Shown in pieces: positions 10,217-19,471 of a DNA stretch of 64,000 bases (position 1 is its first letter; each line of letters begins with the position of its first letter). Position numbers and translations under genes: made by a program. Source of the stretch: Candidatus Fermentithermobacillaceae bacterium DTU015. Lineage in GTDB: Bacteria; Bacillota; Sulfobacillia; Fermentithermobacillales; Fermentithermobacillaceae. Location: NCBI GenBank assembly GCA_001513185.1, contig LFST01000046.1:82161-146160 (forward strand), written 5' to 3'. The notes under the pieces were generated by a model. The model searched no databases and was not told the origin of the DNA. It saw only the letters and a program-made list of their open reading frames with translations.

Positions 10217-12112
10217 ATGGGAGAGAGAAAAGTTGAGTCTATTTTAGCCACGGACGTTGGCTCTACTACCACTAAAGCCATTCTGATCGAGAAAGTTGGG
10301 GATGAGTACAGGCTGGTTACCCGCGGAGAGATGCCCACCACAGTAGAAGCCCCTTGGGAGAACGTGATGATCGGTGTAAGGAAAGCCATAAGACGGGTGG
10401 AAGAGCTCATAGACAGGCCCCTGCTCGATGAGGATGGCAACCTGATTAGGCCAAAAGACGGTAACAAGGGTGTGGACATGTACGTGTCTACATCTTCAGC
10501 CGGAGGCGGGCTCCAGATGATGGTGGCCGGCCTGGTCAAGTCGATTAGTGCCAGCTCAGCCCACAGGGCGGCCCTGGGTGCCGGGGCGGTGGTGCTTGAT
10601 GTGATATCAGTGGACGACGGAAGGTCCCAGTCAGAGCAAATCACCAGGATCACCGAGTTGCGCCCAGACATAATCCTGGTATCAGGCGGCGTAGATGGAG
10701 GCTCAGTTGCGTACCTGGCGCTGATTGCAGAGATTATCAAACAGGCCAACCCCCAGCCGCGCTTCGGAGCTACTTACAAATTGCCCCTGATTTATGCAGG
10801 CAACAAGGATGCCCAGGACCTTGTGATGCAGATTTGTGGCGATACCATGGACGTGCACCTCGTGCCCAACCTCAGGCCGCGTCACGACATTGAGAATCTG
10901 GGTCCTGCCAGGGAGGCCATACACGATCTGTTCATGAACCACGTGATGGCCCAAGCTCCGGGATACGGTGAACTCATGGAATGGGTAGATACCACCATTA
11001 TGCCTACGCCCGGTGCCGTAGGCAAACTGATTATGGTGCTCGGAGAACAAAATAACCAGAGCATTATAGGTGTGGATATCGGCGGGGCTACCACTGACGT
11101 GTTCTCCAACTTCGAAGATACCTTCACCAGGACCGTGTCTGCTAACCTGGGCATGAGTTATTCGATATGTAACGTGCTTGAAGAGGCAGGTTTTGACAAT
11201 ATTTTGCGCTGGGTGCCCTTTGGTATGGAGCAGTCCCAGATTTCAGACTGGATTGCAAACAAGATGGTAAGGCCTACTACCATACCCCAAACCGTCTTCC
11301 ACCTGGTAGTTGAGCATGCCCTGGCCAGGGAAGCGCTCAGGTTAAGCTTTGAGCACCATAAGAGCCTTGCGAAAAAAGTGGAAGAAGAAAAAGTGGGATT
11401 TGGCCGGGAAACCGGGGTTGCCAAAGCTTCCGGCAGGGACATTATCAACATGATGGAACTTGATATGCTGGTAGGCTCAGGTGGGGTGTTGTGCCATGCC
11501 CCAAGGCGGCAGCAAGCAGCCCTCATGCTCATCGATGCTTTCCAACCGGAAGGGGTTACCCAGCTGGCGGTAGACTCTATCTTCATGATGCCCCACTTGG
11601 GAGTGCTTTCGTCTGTATATCCGGAAATCGCCGCTGAAGTATTCGAGAAAGACTGTTTGGTGAGGCTGGGTACAGTGGTGGCGCCTGTGGGCCCTGCCCC
11701 CAGGAGCGGTGTGTTGGCCACGGTTCACATCACCATGCCCGATGGCCAGCTTGTGGAACGCCAGATCACCAGCGGCGACCTCCAGGTAATTCCTTTGGGG
11801 GTAGGCGAGGTTGCCTCGTGTAAGATCCAGCCCAACGGCGGCCGCATAGATGTAGGTGCCGGCAAGGGCAGGACCTACGAAACCCAGCTCCACGGTGGCG
11901 TTGTGGGACTCATCCTGGATGGCCGGGGCCGTCCCATAGAGCTGCCCGAGAGCGGTGCCGAGCGGGTAAAGAAACTAACCCAGTGGATTGAGTCTATGAA
12001 CGCCTATCCCATGGATCCCATTTACGAGCTTCAGGAGCGGTTCCCGGTTAAAGGGGAAGACACAAAAGGAGGGAAGAAGCGTGGCGGTCTCTTCAGTCTA
12101 TTCAGAAGATAA
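10217..12112 (+). CDS. EutA/GlmL(MutL)-family ASKHA ATPase, paralog 1 (orphan reactivase-like, 631 aa)
   Basis: N-terminal phosphate-1 motif ILATDVGSTTTKAILIE and the internal motifs SSAGGGLQMMVAG, ILVSGGVDGG and IGVDIGGATTDVFS. These parallel EutA (IDIGTTTTQ ... IDIGGGTSNYALF). There is a C-terminal beta-rich extension of about 170 aa. RBS GGAGCAAGGAGGG. Confidence 0.55.
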   Translation: MGERKVESILATDVGSTTTKAILIEKVGDEYRLVTRGEMPTTVEAPWENVMIGVRKAIRRVEELIDRPLLDEDGNLIRPKDGNKGVDMYVSTSSAGGGLQMMVAGLVKSISASSAHRAALGAGAVVLDVISVDDGRSQSEQITRITELRPDIILVSGGVDGGSVAYLALIAEIIKQANPQPRFGATYKLPLIYAGNKDAQDLVMQICGDTMDVHLVPNLRPRHDIENLGPAREAIHDLFMNHVMAQAPGYGELMEWVDTTIMPTPGAVGKLIMVLGEQNNQSIIGVDIGGATTDVFSNFEDTFTRTVSANLGMSYSICNVLEEAGFDNILRWVPFGMEQSQISDWIANKMVRPTTIPQTVFHLVVEHALAREALRLSFEHHKSLAKKVEEEKVGFGRETGVAKASGRDIINMMELDMLVGSGGVLCHAPRRQQAALMLIDAFQPEGVTQLAVDSIFMMPHLGVLSSVYPEIAAEVFEKDCLVRLGTVVAPVGPAPRSGVLATVHITMPDGQLVERQITSGDLQVIPLGVGEVASCKIQPNGGRIDVGAGKGRTYETQLHGGVVGLILDGRGRPIELPESGAERVKKLTQWIESMNAYPMDPIYELQERFPVKGEDTKGGKKRGGLFSLFRR

Positions 12113-13442
12113 GCAGGTCGGCCGGGTTGAACTTATAAGAAAAATGAGGCGGCTGCCCCTGCCAGGGGAGGTCCTGGTTAAGAAGGGAGATAAGGTGCTG
12201 CCTGACACCCCTGTGGCCAAGATAGCCCTCAGGCCCGGCATCCCCTGGGTCATTCCGGCTGCCAGGTTGCTGGGTATAGAACCTTCGGAACTAGGTAAAT
12301 CCATGCTGAAGAAGGTAGGCGACAGTGTCAAGACCCAGGAGGTCATCGCCAGGGCCGAACAGGGGCTGTACGGCAGGAAGGAGATTACCTCGCCCACAGA
12401 CGGTGTAATCGAGGATGTATCCGATCGCTCCGGAAGGATTACCATCCGTGAGGAATTTGGAAAAGAAGAGCCGCCCATAAGCTTCGACGTAGCCTTTGAA
12501 ATCGGCTGCAGGCCCGAGGAACTTCCCAAACACATGTTGAGGCAGGTAGGGCAGGAAGTCAAGAAGGGCCAGATGATCGCCAAAAAGGGCGAAGCTCAGG
12601 CGTTTTTCACCAAGACCGCGCTGGCTCCTGTGTCCGGCATTATATCCAAAATCGATACCGAGACAGGTAAGGTCACTATTGCCAGGCCTTTCAAAGAGGT
12701 CGTGGTAAGTGCGTACGTAGAAGGCACCGTGTCTGAAATCATCGAGAGCCGCGGGTGCATAGTCGATACTGTCGGAATCAGGCTCAACGGGGTGTTTGGG
12801 CTTGGCAGGGAGACCCACGGCGAACTCAAACTGCTTTGTAACAGTCCGGATCAGGTGCTCGAAGCCGACATGATTACCGAAGACTGCAAGGATAAGATCA
12901 TCGTGGGCGGCTCCTTCGCCACCAACGAAGCGCTTTCCCGGGCGCTAGATGTGGGAGTAAAGGGTGTAATCACAGGTACGGTCAACTACTTCAACCTCAC
13001 CCAATCCCTTGGAGTGAAGCTTGGCGTAGGCATAACCGGCCAGGAGGATATCGATATTACCGTCATCCTGATGGAAGGGTTCGGCCACCTGTCCATGCGC
13101 AAGGAAGTATGGGAGACCTTGGCATCCCTTGAGGGCAAGAGGGCTTCGATAAACGGTGCCACCCAAATCAGGGCAGGGGCAATCAGGCCTGAAATCATCG
13201 TACCCTTCCTGGACTATGAAGGAGAGCCGGCCAAACCTGCGGTGTTTGACCCTGACCTGCGGGTGGGCATGCATGTGAGGATCGTCAACGAACCCTATTT
13301 TGGGGCCACCGGGAGGATCTGCGAGATCATCAGGGAGCCTGTGTCAATCGAAACCGAAGCAAGAGTGCCTGTGGTCAAGGTTGAGCTGTTCTCAGACGGG
13401 TCCCATGTGGTGGTTCCCAGGGCTAACGTAGAGCTGTTGTAG
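12081..13442 (+). CDS. Barrel-sandwich-hybrid (RnfC_N/lipoyl-like) repeat protein with KOW-like C-terminus, paralog 1 (453 aa)
   Basis: GTG start with an AAGGAGGG RBS, overlapping the upstream gene by 32 nt. It carries three hybrid-motif half-sites (RRLPLPGEVLVKKGDKV, SPTDGVIEDV, APVSGIISKI). The C-terminus GMHVRIVNEPYFGATGRI...VVPRANVELL is KOW/SH3-like. Confidence 0.5.
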   Translation: MAVSSVYSEDKQVGRVELIRKMRRLPLPGEVLVKKGDKVLPDTPVAKIALRPGIPWVIPAARLLGIEPSELGKSMLKKVGDSVKTQEVIARAEQGLYGRKEITSPTDGVIEDVSDRSGRITIREEFGKEEPPISFDVAFEIGCRPEELPKHMLRQVGQEVKKGQMIAKKGEAQAFFTKTALAPVSGIISKIDTETGKVTIARPFKEVVVSAYVEGTVSEIIESRGCIVDTVGIRLNGVFGLGRETHGELKLLCNSPDQVLEADMITEDCKDKIIVGGSFATNEALSRALDVGVKGVITGTVNYFNLTQSLGVKLGVGITGQEDIDITVILMEGFGHLSMRKEVWETLASLEGKRASINGATQIRAGAIRPEIIVPFLDYEGEPAKPAVFDPDLRVGMHVRIVNEPYFGATGRICEIIREPVSIETEARVPVVKVELFSDGSHVVVPRANVELL

Positions 13443-13451
13443 AATGAGAGG

Positions 13452-13509
13452 GCAGCTTAGACGCCTGATTTCGTGTTTGCCGGGTGTCTAAGCTGCTTGT
13501 TCTCTCTGG
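13452..13509 (+). terminator. Hairpin (11-bp stem GCAGCTTAGAC/GTCTAAGCTGC, 23-nt loop) plus T-rich tail
   Basis: Perfect inverted repeat read directly from the sequence 10 nt after the stop of the 453-aa gene. The loop is long, so it could instead be an attenuator. Confidence 0.4.
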
Positions 13510-13585
13510 TGGCATTATTAGGTTGCAATGACTTGGTTGAAATATTGTAAAATAGAGACAATGCTATCCGCTGGGAGGTGAATAG

Positions 13586-13981
13586 ATGCTTAATTTCCGT
13601 GAACCCATTGATGAGAAGCGGCGGGACGAGTTGCTGGATGCGATAGCGAAGAAGATTCAACAATTCGGGATGACGGTACCTGCGATTTTCTTTTTGGAGA
13701 TGCACAAGCCCTTTAGCTATATTGGCGGACAGATTATGCACTTTTTCTCTCCGATTGTCGGGGTGTTCTTTGAGACTTTCGAAGATTACGCTTACTTCTT
13801 TGATGACAGGAAAAACGTAGAACTCTTGATCCAGAGGCTTGAAGCGATTGCCATGGAAGAAGAGGAAGAAAGACGCAAGCAGAAAGAGATGAAGAAAGCC
13901 GGAAAACAGAAGAAAGCACAGACGACCATGCTGGATGAAGCACTTAAGATGGGGTCGCAAGACACCAAGTCAGAAAAATGA
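13586..13981 (+). CDS. Small hypothetical protein with hydrophobic core and Glu/Lys-rich tail (131 aa)
   Basis: GGGAGGTG RBS 6 nt upstream of the ATG. TVPAIFFLEMHKPFSYIGGQIMHFFSPIVGVFF hydrophobic segment and EEEEERRKQKEMKKAGKQKK tail. It sits between the two module copies. Confidence 0.5.
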   Translation: MLNFREPIDEKRRDELLDAIAKKIQQFGMTVPAIFFLEMHKPFSYIGGQIMHFFSPIVGVFFETFEDYAYFFDDRKNVELLIQRLEAIAMEEEEERRKQKEMKKAGKQKKAQTTMLDEALKMGSQDTKSEK

Positions 13982-14076
13982 TACTAATGTAAGAGGATTT
14001 TTGACGGCAGATGTCGTAATTGAACCAAGTAGTCTTATTGTGTCTTGATGGTGCCAGTGAGGGAGGGGAAGACTTA

Positions 14077-15927
14077 GTGCAGGAGCAAAAATTTGAGCTG
14101 GACAGAGAGATAAACTCTGTATTGGCTACTGACTGTGGTTCCACAACGACCAAAGCTATCCTTATCGAAAAGATCAATGGTGAATACCGCCTGGTCGTGC
14201 GAGGAGAAGCTCCGACAACGGTTGAGGCACCTTTTGAGGACGTTACCATGGGTGCAAGGAACGCTATCAGAGAAATCGAGGAGCTTACCGGCAGGAGATT
14301 TCTCAGCGATCAGGGTGTAATCACCCCGAGGCAACCTGACGGTTCCGGGGTGGACATTTACATGTCGACTTCGTCGGCAGGCGGCGGCCTCCAGATGATG
14401 GTGGCAGGCGTGGTTAAGACCATGACTGCCGAATCTGCCGCGAGGGCTGCATTGGGAGCCGGGGCTATCGTAATGGACGTCATTTCAGTGGATGACGGCC
14501 GGAAGCCCCACGAGAAGATCCAGCGGATCAGACAACTTAGGCCGGACATGATCTTGCTCTCCGGCGGAATTGACGGAGGTACTATCACACACGTAGCTGA
14601 GATCGGAGAGCTCATTGCAGCCGCAGAGCCCAAACCCAGGCTGGGTATCGGGTACAAGCTGCCGATTATCTACGCAGGTAACAAAGATGCACGCAAACAC
14701 ATTACTGACATCCTCGGTGAAAAGACCGACCTAAGGATCGTGGACAACCTCAGGCCTGTGCTTGAAACCGAAGTGCTTGGACCGGCCAGGGAAGAGATCC
14801 ACAACCTGTTTATGGAACACGTTATGGCTCAGGCGCCTGGGTACAACAAGCTTATGCAGTGGACTCCGGTACCCATTATGCCCACCCCAGGTGCAGTAGG
14901 TGCTTGTATGCAGACGGCTGCCAAAGAATACGACATGAGCGTCATTGGGGTTGACATCGGCGGTGCTACCACCGACGTATTCTCAGTGTTCGGTGAGTAC
15001 TTCAACAGGACCGTGTCTGCCAACCTGGGTATGAGCTACTCCATCTGCAACGTGCTTCTGGAAGCAGGTATCAGCAATATCATGAGATGGATTCCGTTCA
15101 GCATCGATGAAGGAGAGCTCAGGAACAGGATCAGGAACAAGATGATCCGTCCTACCACCATTCCTCAAACCTTGGAAGAGCTGATCATCGAGCAATCCAT
15201 CGCGCGGGAAGCTTTGCGCCTTGCGTTTGAACACCACAAGAGCCTGGCAGTGGGGCTCAGGGGTGTACACAGGCAGAGGACGATCGGTGACACCTTCGAA
15301 CAGACCGGAAGCGACGAGACGTACATTGACATGACCGAATTGGGTATGCTCATAGGGTCAGGTGGATGCCTGTCCCACGCACCTAGGCGGGCACAGTCAG
15401 CCATGATGCTGATCGACGCATTCCAGCCAGAATCCACAACCATGCTGGCTGTTGACTCAATCTTCATGATGCCCCAGCTGGGTATCCTGTCATCTATCCA
15501 TCCCAAGGCCGCAATGCAGGTATTTGACAGGGACTGCCTGGTAAAGCTCGGGACGGCAATTGCCCCTGTAGGACCCAGCGGCAAGGCTGAGTTCGGTGCC
15601 CCGTGTCTCGAGGTAACTCTCACTGTCAATGGACAGACCTTTGAGGAATCAGTGCCTTTCGGTTCCATGAAGGTGATTCCGGTTCCTCAAGATACCACTG
15701 CCGAAGCAGTTATCCATCCGACAAGGCAGTTTGACGTCGGTGCAGGCTACGGCCGTGAACTCAAGACCACCGTCAACGGCGGTGTGGTCGGAGTGATCAT
15801 AGACTGCAGGGGACGCCCGATTGTACTGCCGGAAGATGTGAAGACACGCAACGCGAAACTGGTGGAATGGTTCCTTGCGATGAACATGTATCCCGAGGAA
15901 TCACTCAAGAAATATGCTGAGGTTTAA
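14077..15927 (+). CDS. EutA/GlmL(MutL)-family ASKHA ATPase, paralog 2
   Basis: About 60-65% identical to paralog 1 by eye (VLATDCGSTTTKAILIE, SSAGGGLQMMVAG, LLSGGIDGG, IGVDIGGATTDVFS). The start was set at the GTG preceded by GAGGGAGGGG. The ORF-track start at 14020 is a TTG further upstream. Confidence 0.55.
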   Translation: MQEQKFELDREINSVLATDCGSTTTKAILIEKINGEYRLVVRGEAPTTVEAPFEDVTMGARNAIREIEELTGRRFLSDQGVITPRQPDGSGVDIYMSTSSAGGGLQMMVAGVVKTMTAESAARAALGAGAIVMDVISVDDGRKPHEKIQRIRQLRPDMILLSGGIDGGTITHVAEIGELIAAAEPKPRLGIGYKLPIIYAGNKDARKHITDILGEKTDLRIVDNLRPVLETEVLGPAREEIHNLFMEHVMAQAPGYNKLMQWTPVPIMPTPGAVGACMQTAAKEYDMSVIGVDIGGATTDVFSVFGEYFNRTVSANLGMSYSICNVLLEAGISNIMRWIPFSIDEGELRNRIRNKMIRPTTIPQTLEELIIEQSIAREALRLAFEHHKSLAVGLRGVHRQRTIGDTFEQTGSDETYIDMTELGMLIGSGGCLSHAPRRAQSAMMLIDAFQPESTTMLAVDSIFMMPQLGILSSIHPKAAMQVFDRDCLVKLGTAIAPVGPSGKAEFGAPCLEVTLTVNGQTFEESVPFGSMKVIPVPQDTTAEAVIHPTRQFDVGAGYGRELKTTVNGGVVGVIIDCRGRPIVLPEDVKTRNAKLVEWFLAMNMYPEESLKKYAEV

Positions 15928-15944
15928 GAGGAGGGAAGGTATAG

Positions 15945-17066
15945 ATGGCACACGCATACACACCCGGACTTAAAGTTACCGAAAGAGCGATGATTACCAA
16001 GACGCGCCGCCTTCCTATCCTCGGCGAAGTGCTGGTTGAGAAAGGACAGGCGGTTTCGCCGGACACCATTGTGGCTAGGACGAATATCCCGGGCAACCCA
16101 CAGACGGTTAACGTAGCTAACATCCTGGGCGTCGACCCTGATGACATTGCTGACTTCATGAAGAAGAAGGAAGGCGACTCTGTCAAGAAGGGCGAGCTAT
16201 TGGCCGAGTATAAGTCATTTTTCGGGCTTATCAGGCACCATGTGGAATCACCTACTGACGGGACCATCGAGATGATTTCGACAGTTACAGGGCAGGTCAC
16301 GCTGCGTGAACCACCGGTACCCATTGAGATAGACGCCTATATCGAGGGTGTTGTCGAGGAGATCCTCCCCAGGGAAGGCGTAGTTGTGAAAACCGAAGGC
16401 GCCTTTATCCAGGGTATTTTCGGTGTGGGAGGCGAAGCCCAGGGAGTTATCAGGGTTGCAGTTGAGGGTCCCAACGACGTGTTGGATGCCGACGCCGTCA
16501 GGCCTGATGACAAGGGCAAGATCCTCGTGGGCGGCTCCCTGGTTACTGCCGAGGCCATTAAGAGAGCCGGCCAGGTAGGCGCCACGGGAATTGTGGCCGG
16601 CGGTATCATCGACACCGAACTAATCGAATATCTCGGGTTCGACATCGGTGTGGCGATTACAGGGCATGAGGATATCCCGGTCACTGTGATCATCACCGAA
16701 GGCTTCGGTAGGATGAGAATGGCAGACCGTACTTTCAACCTGCTTAAGAAACTGGACGGCTTTAAGGCTTCAATCAACGGTGCAACCCAGATCCGCGCAG
16801 GGGTCATGCGCCCTGAGATCATTGTGCCCGGCTATGAGGCAGAGTCCACAGATGAGGGCTTGGACATCACTGCGGGGCTTGTACCAGGCACACCCATCAG
16901 GATCATCAGGGAGCCTTACTTCGGTATGCTGGCTGAGATAGTCGAACTGCCGCCGGAGCTTGAGGTCATCGAGTCTGAAGCTAAGGTAAGGATCCTTAGG
17001 GCCAGACTGGAAGACGGCAGAGTGGTGACCGTACCCAGGGCCAACGTTGAGATAATCGAAAGCTAA
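15945..17066 (+). CDS. Barrel-sandwich-hybrid / KOW-like protein, paralog 2 (373 aa)
   Basis: RRLPILGEVLVEKGQAV, SPTDGTIEMI and the C-terminal GTPIRIIREPYFGM...VTVPRANVEII match paralog 1. It lacks an insertion of about 80 aa that is present in paralog 1. GAGGAGGGAAGG RBS. Confidence 0.5.
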   Translation: MAHAYTPGLKVTERAMITKTRRLPILGEVLVEKGQAVSPDTIVARTNIPGNPQTVNVANILGVDPDDIADFMKKKEGDSVKKGELLAEYKSFFGLIRHHVESPTDGTIEMISTVTGQVTLREPPVPIEIDAYIEGVVEEILPREGVVVKTEGAFIQGIFGVGGEAQGVIRVAVEGPNDVLDADAVRPDDKGKILVGGSLVTAEAIKRAGQVGATGIVAGGIIDTELIEYLGFDIGVAITGHEDIPVTVIITEGFGRMRMADRTFNLLKKLDGFKASINGATQIRAGVMRPEIIVPGYEAESTDEGLDITAGLVPGTPIRIIREPYFGMLAEIVELPPELEVIESEAKVRILRARLEDGRVVTVPRANVEIIES

Positions 17067-17090
17067 ACATCACATACCTAAGCCGGATGA

Positions 17091-17124
17091 GGAGGAGAGG
17101 GTTTTCCTCTCCTTTTGTTTTTGG
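17091..17124 (+). terminator. Rho-independent terminator (GGAGAGG-GTTTT-CCTCTCC + TTTTGTTTTT)
   Basis: GC-rich stem-loop followed by a T tract immediately after the module. Confidence 0.6.
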
Positions 17125-17269
17125 CACACAATGGCAATACTGAGTTATGTGGACGTTTTGGCATATGTGTTTTACTCTTAGATAAAGGGATAAGATGTTT
17201 GGGCGAAGAACAGAGTTAAGCAGTGACAGCCAAGTCCGCGGAGAAAGGAGGATCAAGCCCCAACACACC

Positions 17270-18214
17270 ATGGACCAACAGATGTATCGCCAATTCATGG
17301 ACGAACACGTAATTCCCCTTAAGGCCAAGCTGGACGACTTCTTGCCTGTGATTTTGGGGTTGCGAAAGGCGGCACAGCTTGTGATGCCTGCAGAACTGCC
17401 CGATGCCGGAATCCTGGGCGCTACCATAGACGACAGGTATAGGCAGAAGATGGCAGGCAAGCGGCTTCCCGGCGAGTCGCTGACCGACTACCTCAAGAGC
17501 AGGACCGCCCTGATGAAACGCAAGAACAGGATCCAGGACGTGCGTTTCCGCCTGCAGCTCCTCAGGGATATCTACAGCGATGTGGTTGAAAACTCCAAAT
17601 CATATCAAGTGTATGTGGACTGGATAGACAAATGGGGGCTAAACCGCAAAGAACTGGAGGCCCGTCCTACCATACGGGAGATATACATTTTCAAAGACGA
17701 AGATATTGCCGTAGAACTCGAGGAACTTCAGGATCTCAGGAAAGACATAAGGTACAATTTCGCCCGGAACCCCGACCCCTCTGTGAGCGCTTCAGTCCGG
17801 ATATTTCCTGAAGAGCATAACGCTACGTTCTTACGCAAAGCCGGGAGCATACTCGGGTTTCCTGACTGCTGCATAGAGCGGTATGTGTTTGACAGGGAGT
17901 CGGGGGTGTTGAGCCCGGAAATGAGAGCCTCAAACCAAATTACCCATTCAGATAACCCCGATGATGTGGATGTGTTTGCGTATTTCACCAAGGATTTCTT
18001 CCCGTGCCAGCCTGATTGTCCTGAAGCTGCGGCCAAGGGCCGGGCTATCCATAAGGCGCTCCAAGCAATAGATCCCGGCCTTGCGAAAGCCTACGAGGAG
18101 CACGTCGCTGCCAACATGAGACTGGTCAAGCAGTACCCTGATATCATACAAAACCGGCTGGCGAGATTGCAGGAGGAAGCAAGGCAACAAGGAGTTGAAC
18201 CAGGTGAAGACTAA
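17270..18214 (+). CDS. Hypothetical Cys-motif protein (GFPDCCIERY...FFPCQPDCPEA)
   Basis: Long ORF 17195..18214 with no recognisable family. The start is uncertain (ATG 17195 or ATG 17270). Its 3' end overlaps the UDG gene by 20 nt. Confidence 0.4.
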   Translation: MDQQMYRQFMDEHVIPLKAKLDDFLPVILGLRKAAQLVMPAELPDAGILGATIDDRYRQKMAGKRLPGESLTDYLKSRTALMKRKNRIQDVRFRLQLLRDIYSDVVENSKSYQVYVDWIDKWGLNRKELEARPTIREIYIFKDEDIAVELEELQDLRKDIRYNFARNPDPSVSASVRIFPEEHNATFLRKAGSILGFPDCCIERYVFDRESGVLSPEMRASNQITHSDNPDDVDVFAYFTKDFFPCQPDCPEAAAKGRAIHKALQAIDPGLAKAYEEHVAANMRLVKQYPDIIQNRLARLQEEARQQGVEPGED

Positions 18215-18932
18215 GCCGCAGATTATCCAACGTTCCCTGTTCGAGGCAGAGGATGTACCCGGGCAGGCTAAACTGTTTGACCCACCCCTTTCTGAGCGGC
18301 CGGATCCTGGTAAGCCTAAGGAGGGTTCCGGGGACCAGCCGTCAGGGCTAGGGCCCCTGGGGCTGGACGGGATTGACGACCTGGAACTTTTGAGGCAGAC
18401 TGTGCTTGAATGCAGGCGGTGCTGCTTAAGGCAGGGCGCCAGGGGTGTAGTGTTCGGCGAAGGCAACCCAAATGCCGAAATAATGTTTGTCGGGGAAGGC
18501 CCGGGTCAAACCGAAGACGAACTGGGAAGGCCCTTTGTAGGGAGGGCCGGGCAGCTCCTGGATCTCATGCTCAAGTCGCACGGGTTTTCAAGGGAAGAGA
18601 CGTTTATCGCCAACATAGTCAAATGCCGCCCGCCTGGAAACAGGCTTCCCACACCCCAAGAAGTGGAAGCGTGTCTTCCCAATCTCATGGCGCAAATCCG
18701 CATTATACGCCCCAAGATAATCGTGACCTTGGGTGCCTTGGCTTCCCAGACCCTGATAGATCCAGGGTTGAGGGTCACCAGGGACAGGGGGAAGTGGTTT
18801 GAGAAAGAGGGAATCAGCTACCTTGTCACATTCCATCCTGCTGCGGTACTCAGAGATGAAAGGAACAAGAAACGCCTGATCTGGGAAGACTTTAGGAGTC
18901 TTAAGCAAAAATATGAACAACTGTACAGGTGA
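18195..18932 (+). CDS. udg: Uracil-DNA glycosylase, family 4 (Fe-S type) with N-terminal extension
   Basis: ECRRC...[36 protein letters not shown] and HPAAVLRD motifs of family-4 UDG. There are about 45 extra N-terminal residues, so the true start may be an internal TTG/GTG. Confidence 0.7.
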   Translation: MNQVKTKPQIIQRSLFEAEDVPGQAKLFDPPLSERPDPGKPKEGSGDQPSGLGPLGLDGIDDLELLRQTVLECRRCCLRQGARGVVFGEGNPNAEIMFVGEGPGQTEDELGRPFVGRAGQLLDLMLKSHGFSREETFIANIVKCRPPGNRLPTPQEVEACLPNLMAQIRIIRPKIIVTLGALASQTLIDPGLRVTRDRGKWFEKEGISYLVTFHPAAVLRDERNKKRLIWEDFRSLKQKYEQLYR

Positions 18933-18946
18933 AGGGATAGCGGCTG

Positions 18947-19471
18947 ATGATGCAGGAAAGTAACACGGCAAGAAGGACGTTTCTGGTTGAATCTGCCGAT
19001 GAGACCAGGTACCTTGGGATGCTTCTGGGTTCCGAGCTTGAAGGCGGCGAGGTCATCCTGCTGGAAGGAACCTTAGGGGCGGGCAAGACCACCATGGTGC
19101 AAGGAATTGCCGCCGGGCTTGGTATACATGAACCTGTGAAGAGCCCAAGTTTCGTCCTGGAGAGGATCTACTGGGGCAGGCTGGTGCTCCATCATTTTGA
19201 TTTCTACAGGCTCACCCAGGAAGATATCATGGAAGCAGGCCTGCTTTACGATATAGACGAATCGGCAGTGGTAGTCATAGAGTGGCCTGAGCGTGCCGGC
19301 GAAGCTTTGCAGGGCTGGACTTTGAAAGTAACCATTGAGTTCTACGATGAACCGGTGAACTCAACGCGGGTGATAGCTGAAAACAAGCGCAAGATCACCC
19401 TTGAAAGCAGCGATGTAAGGTGGGTAGAAGTTATTGAAGCAATCTGGAGACACACGCAACAACACGCCTAA
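18947..19471 (+). CDS. tsaE: tRNA t6A biosynthesis ATPase TsaE
   Basis: [12 protein letters not shown] Walker A and the YHFDFYRL motif. About 170 aa. Confidence 0.8.
   Translation: MMQESNTARRTFLVESADETRYLGMLLGSELEGGEVILLEGTLGAGKTTMVQGIAAGLGIHEPVKSPSFVLERIYWGRLVLHHFDFYRLTQEDIMEAGLLYDIDESAVVVIEWPERAGEALQGWTLKVTIEFYDEPVNSTRVIAENKRKITLESSDVRWVEVIEAIWRHTQQHA

Noticed and set aside
10189-11721. Long minus-strand ORFs (186, 115, 90, 187 aa) antisense to the first EutA-like gene; similar ones lie across 14.3-16.8 kb and 3.0-3.4 kb
   Set aside because: They are fully embedded in strong + strand genes that have recognisable domains. They have no SD, and their composition is Ser/Pro/Thr-rich, as expected for the antisense frames of GC-rich coding DNA.
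13457-13960. 167-aa minus-strand ORF overlapping the 131-aa + strand small protein
   Set aside because: The + strand ORF has a near-perfect SD (GGGAGGTG-6-ATG) and a sensible start. The minus ORF lacks any RBS and is an antisense artefact.
17109-17125. Sigma-54-like sequence TGGCACACAATGGCA just after the module terminator
   Set aside because: The GG-to-GC spacing is 9 nt instead of the obligatory 10, and the -12 element reads TGGC rather than TTGC. It is probably chance.
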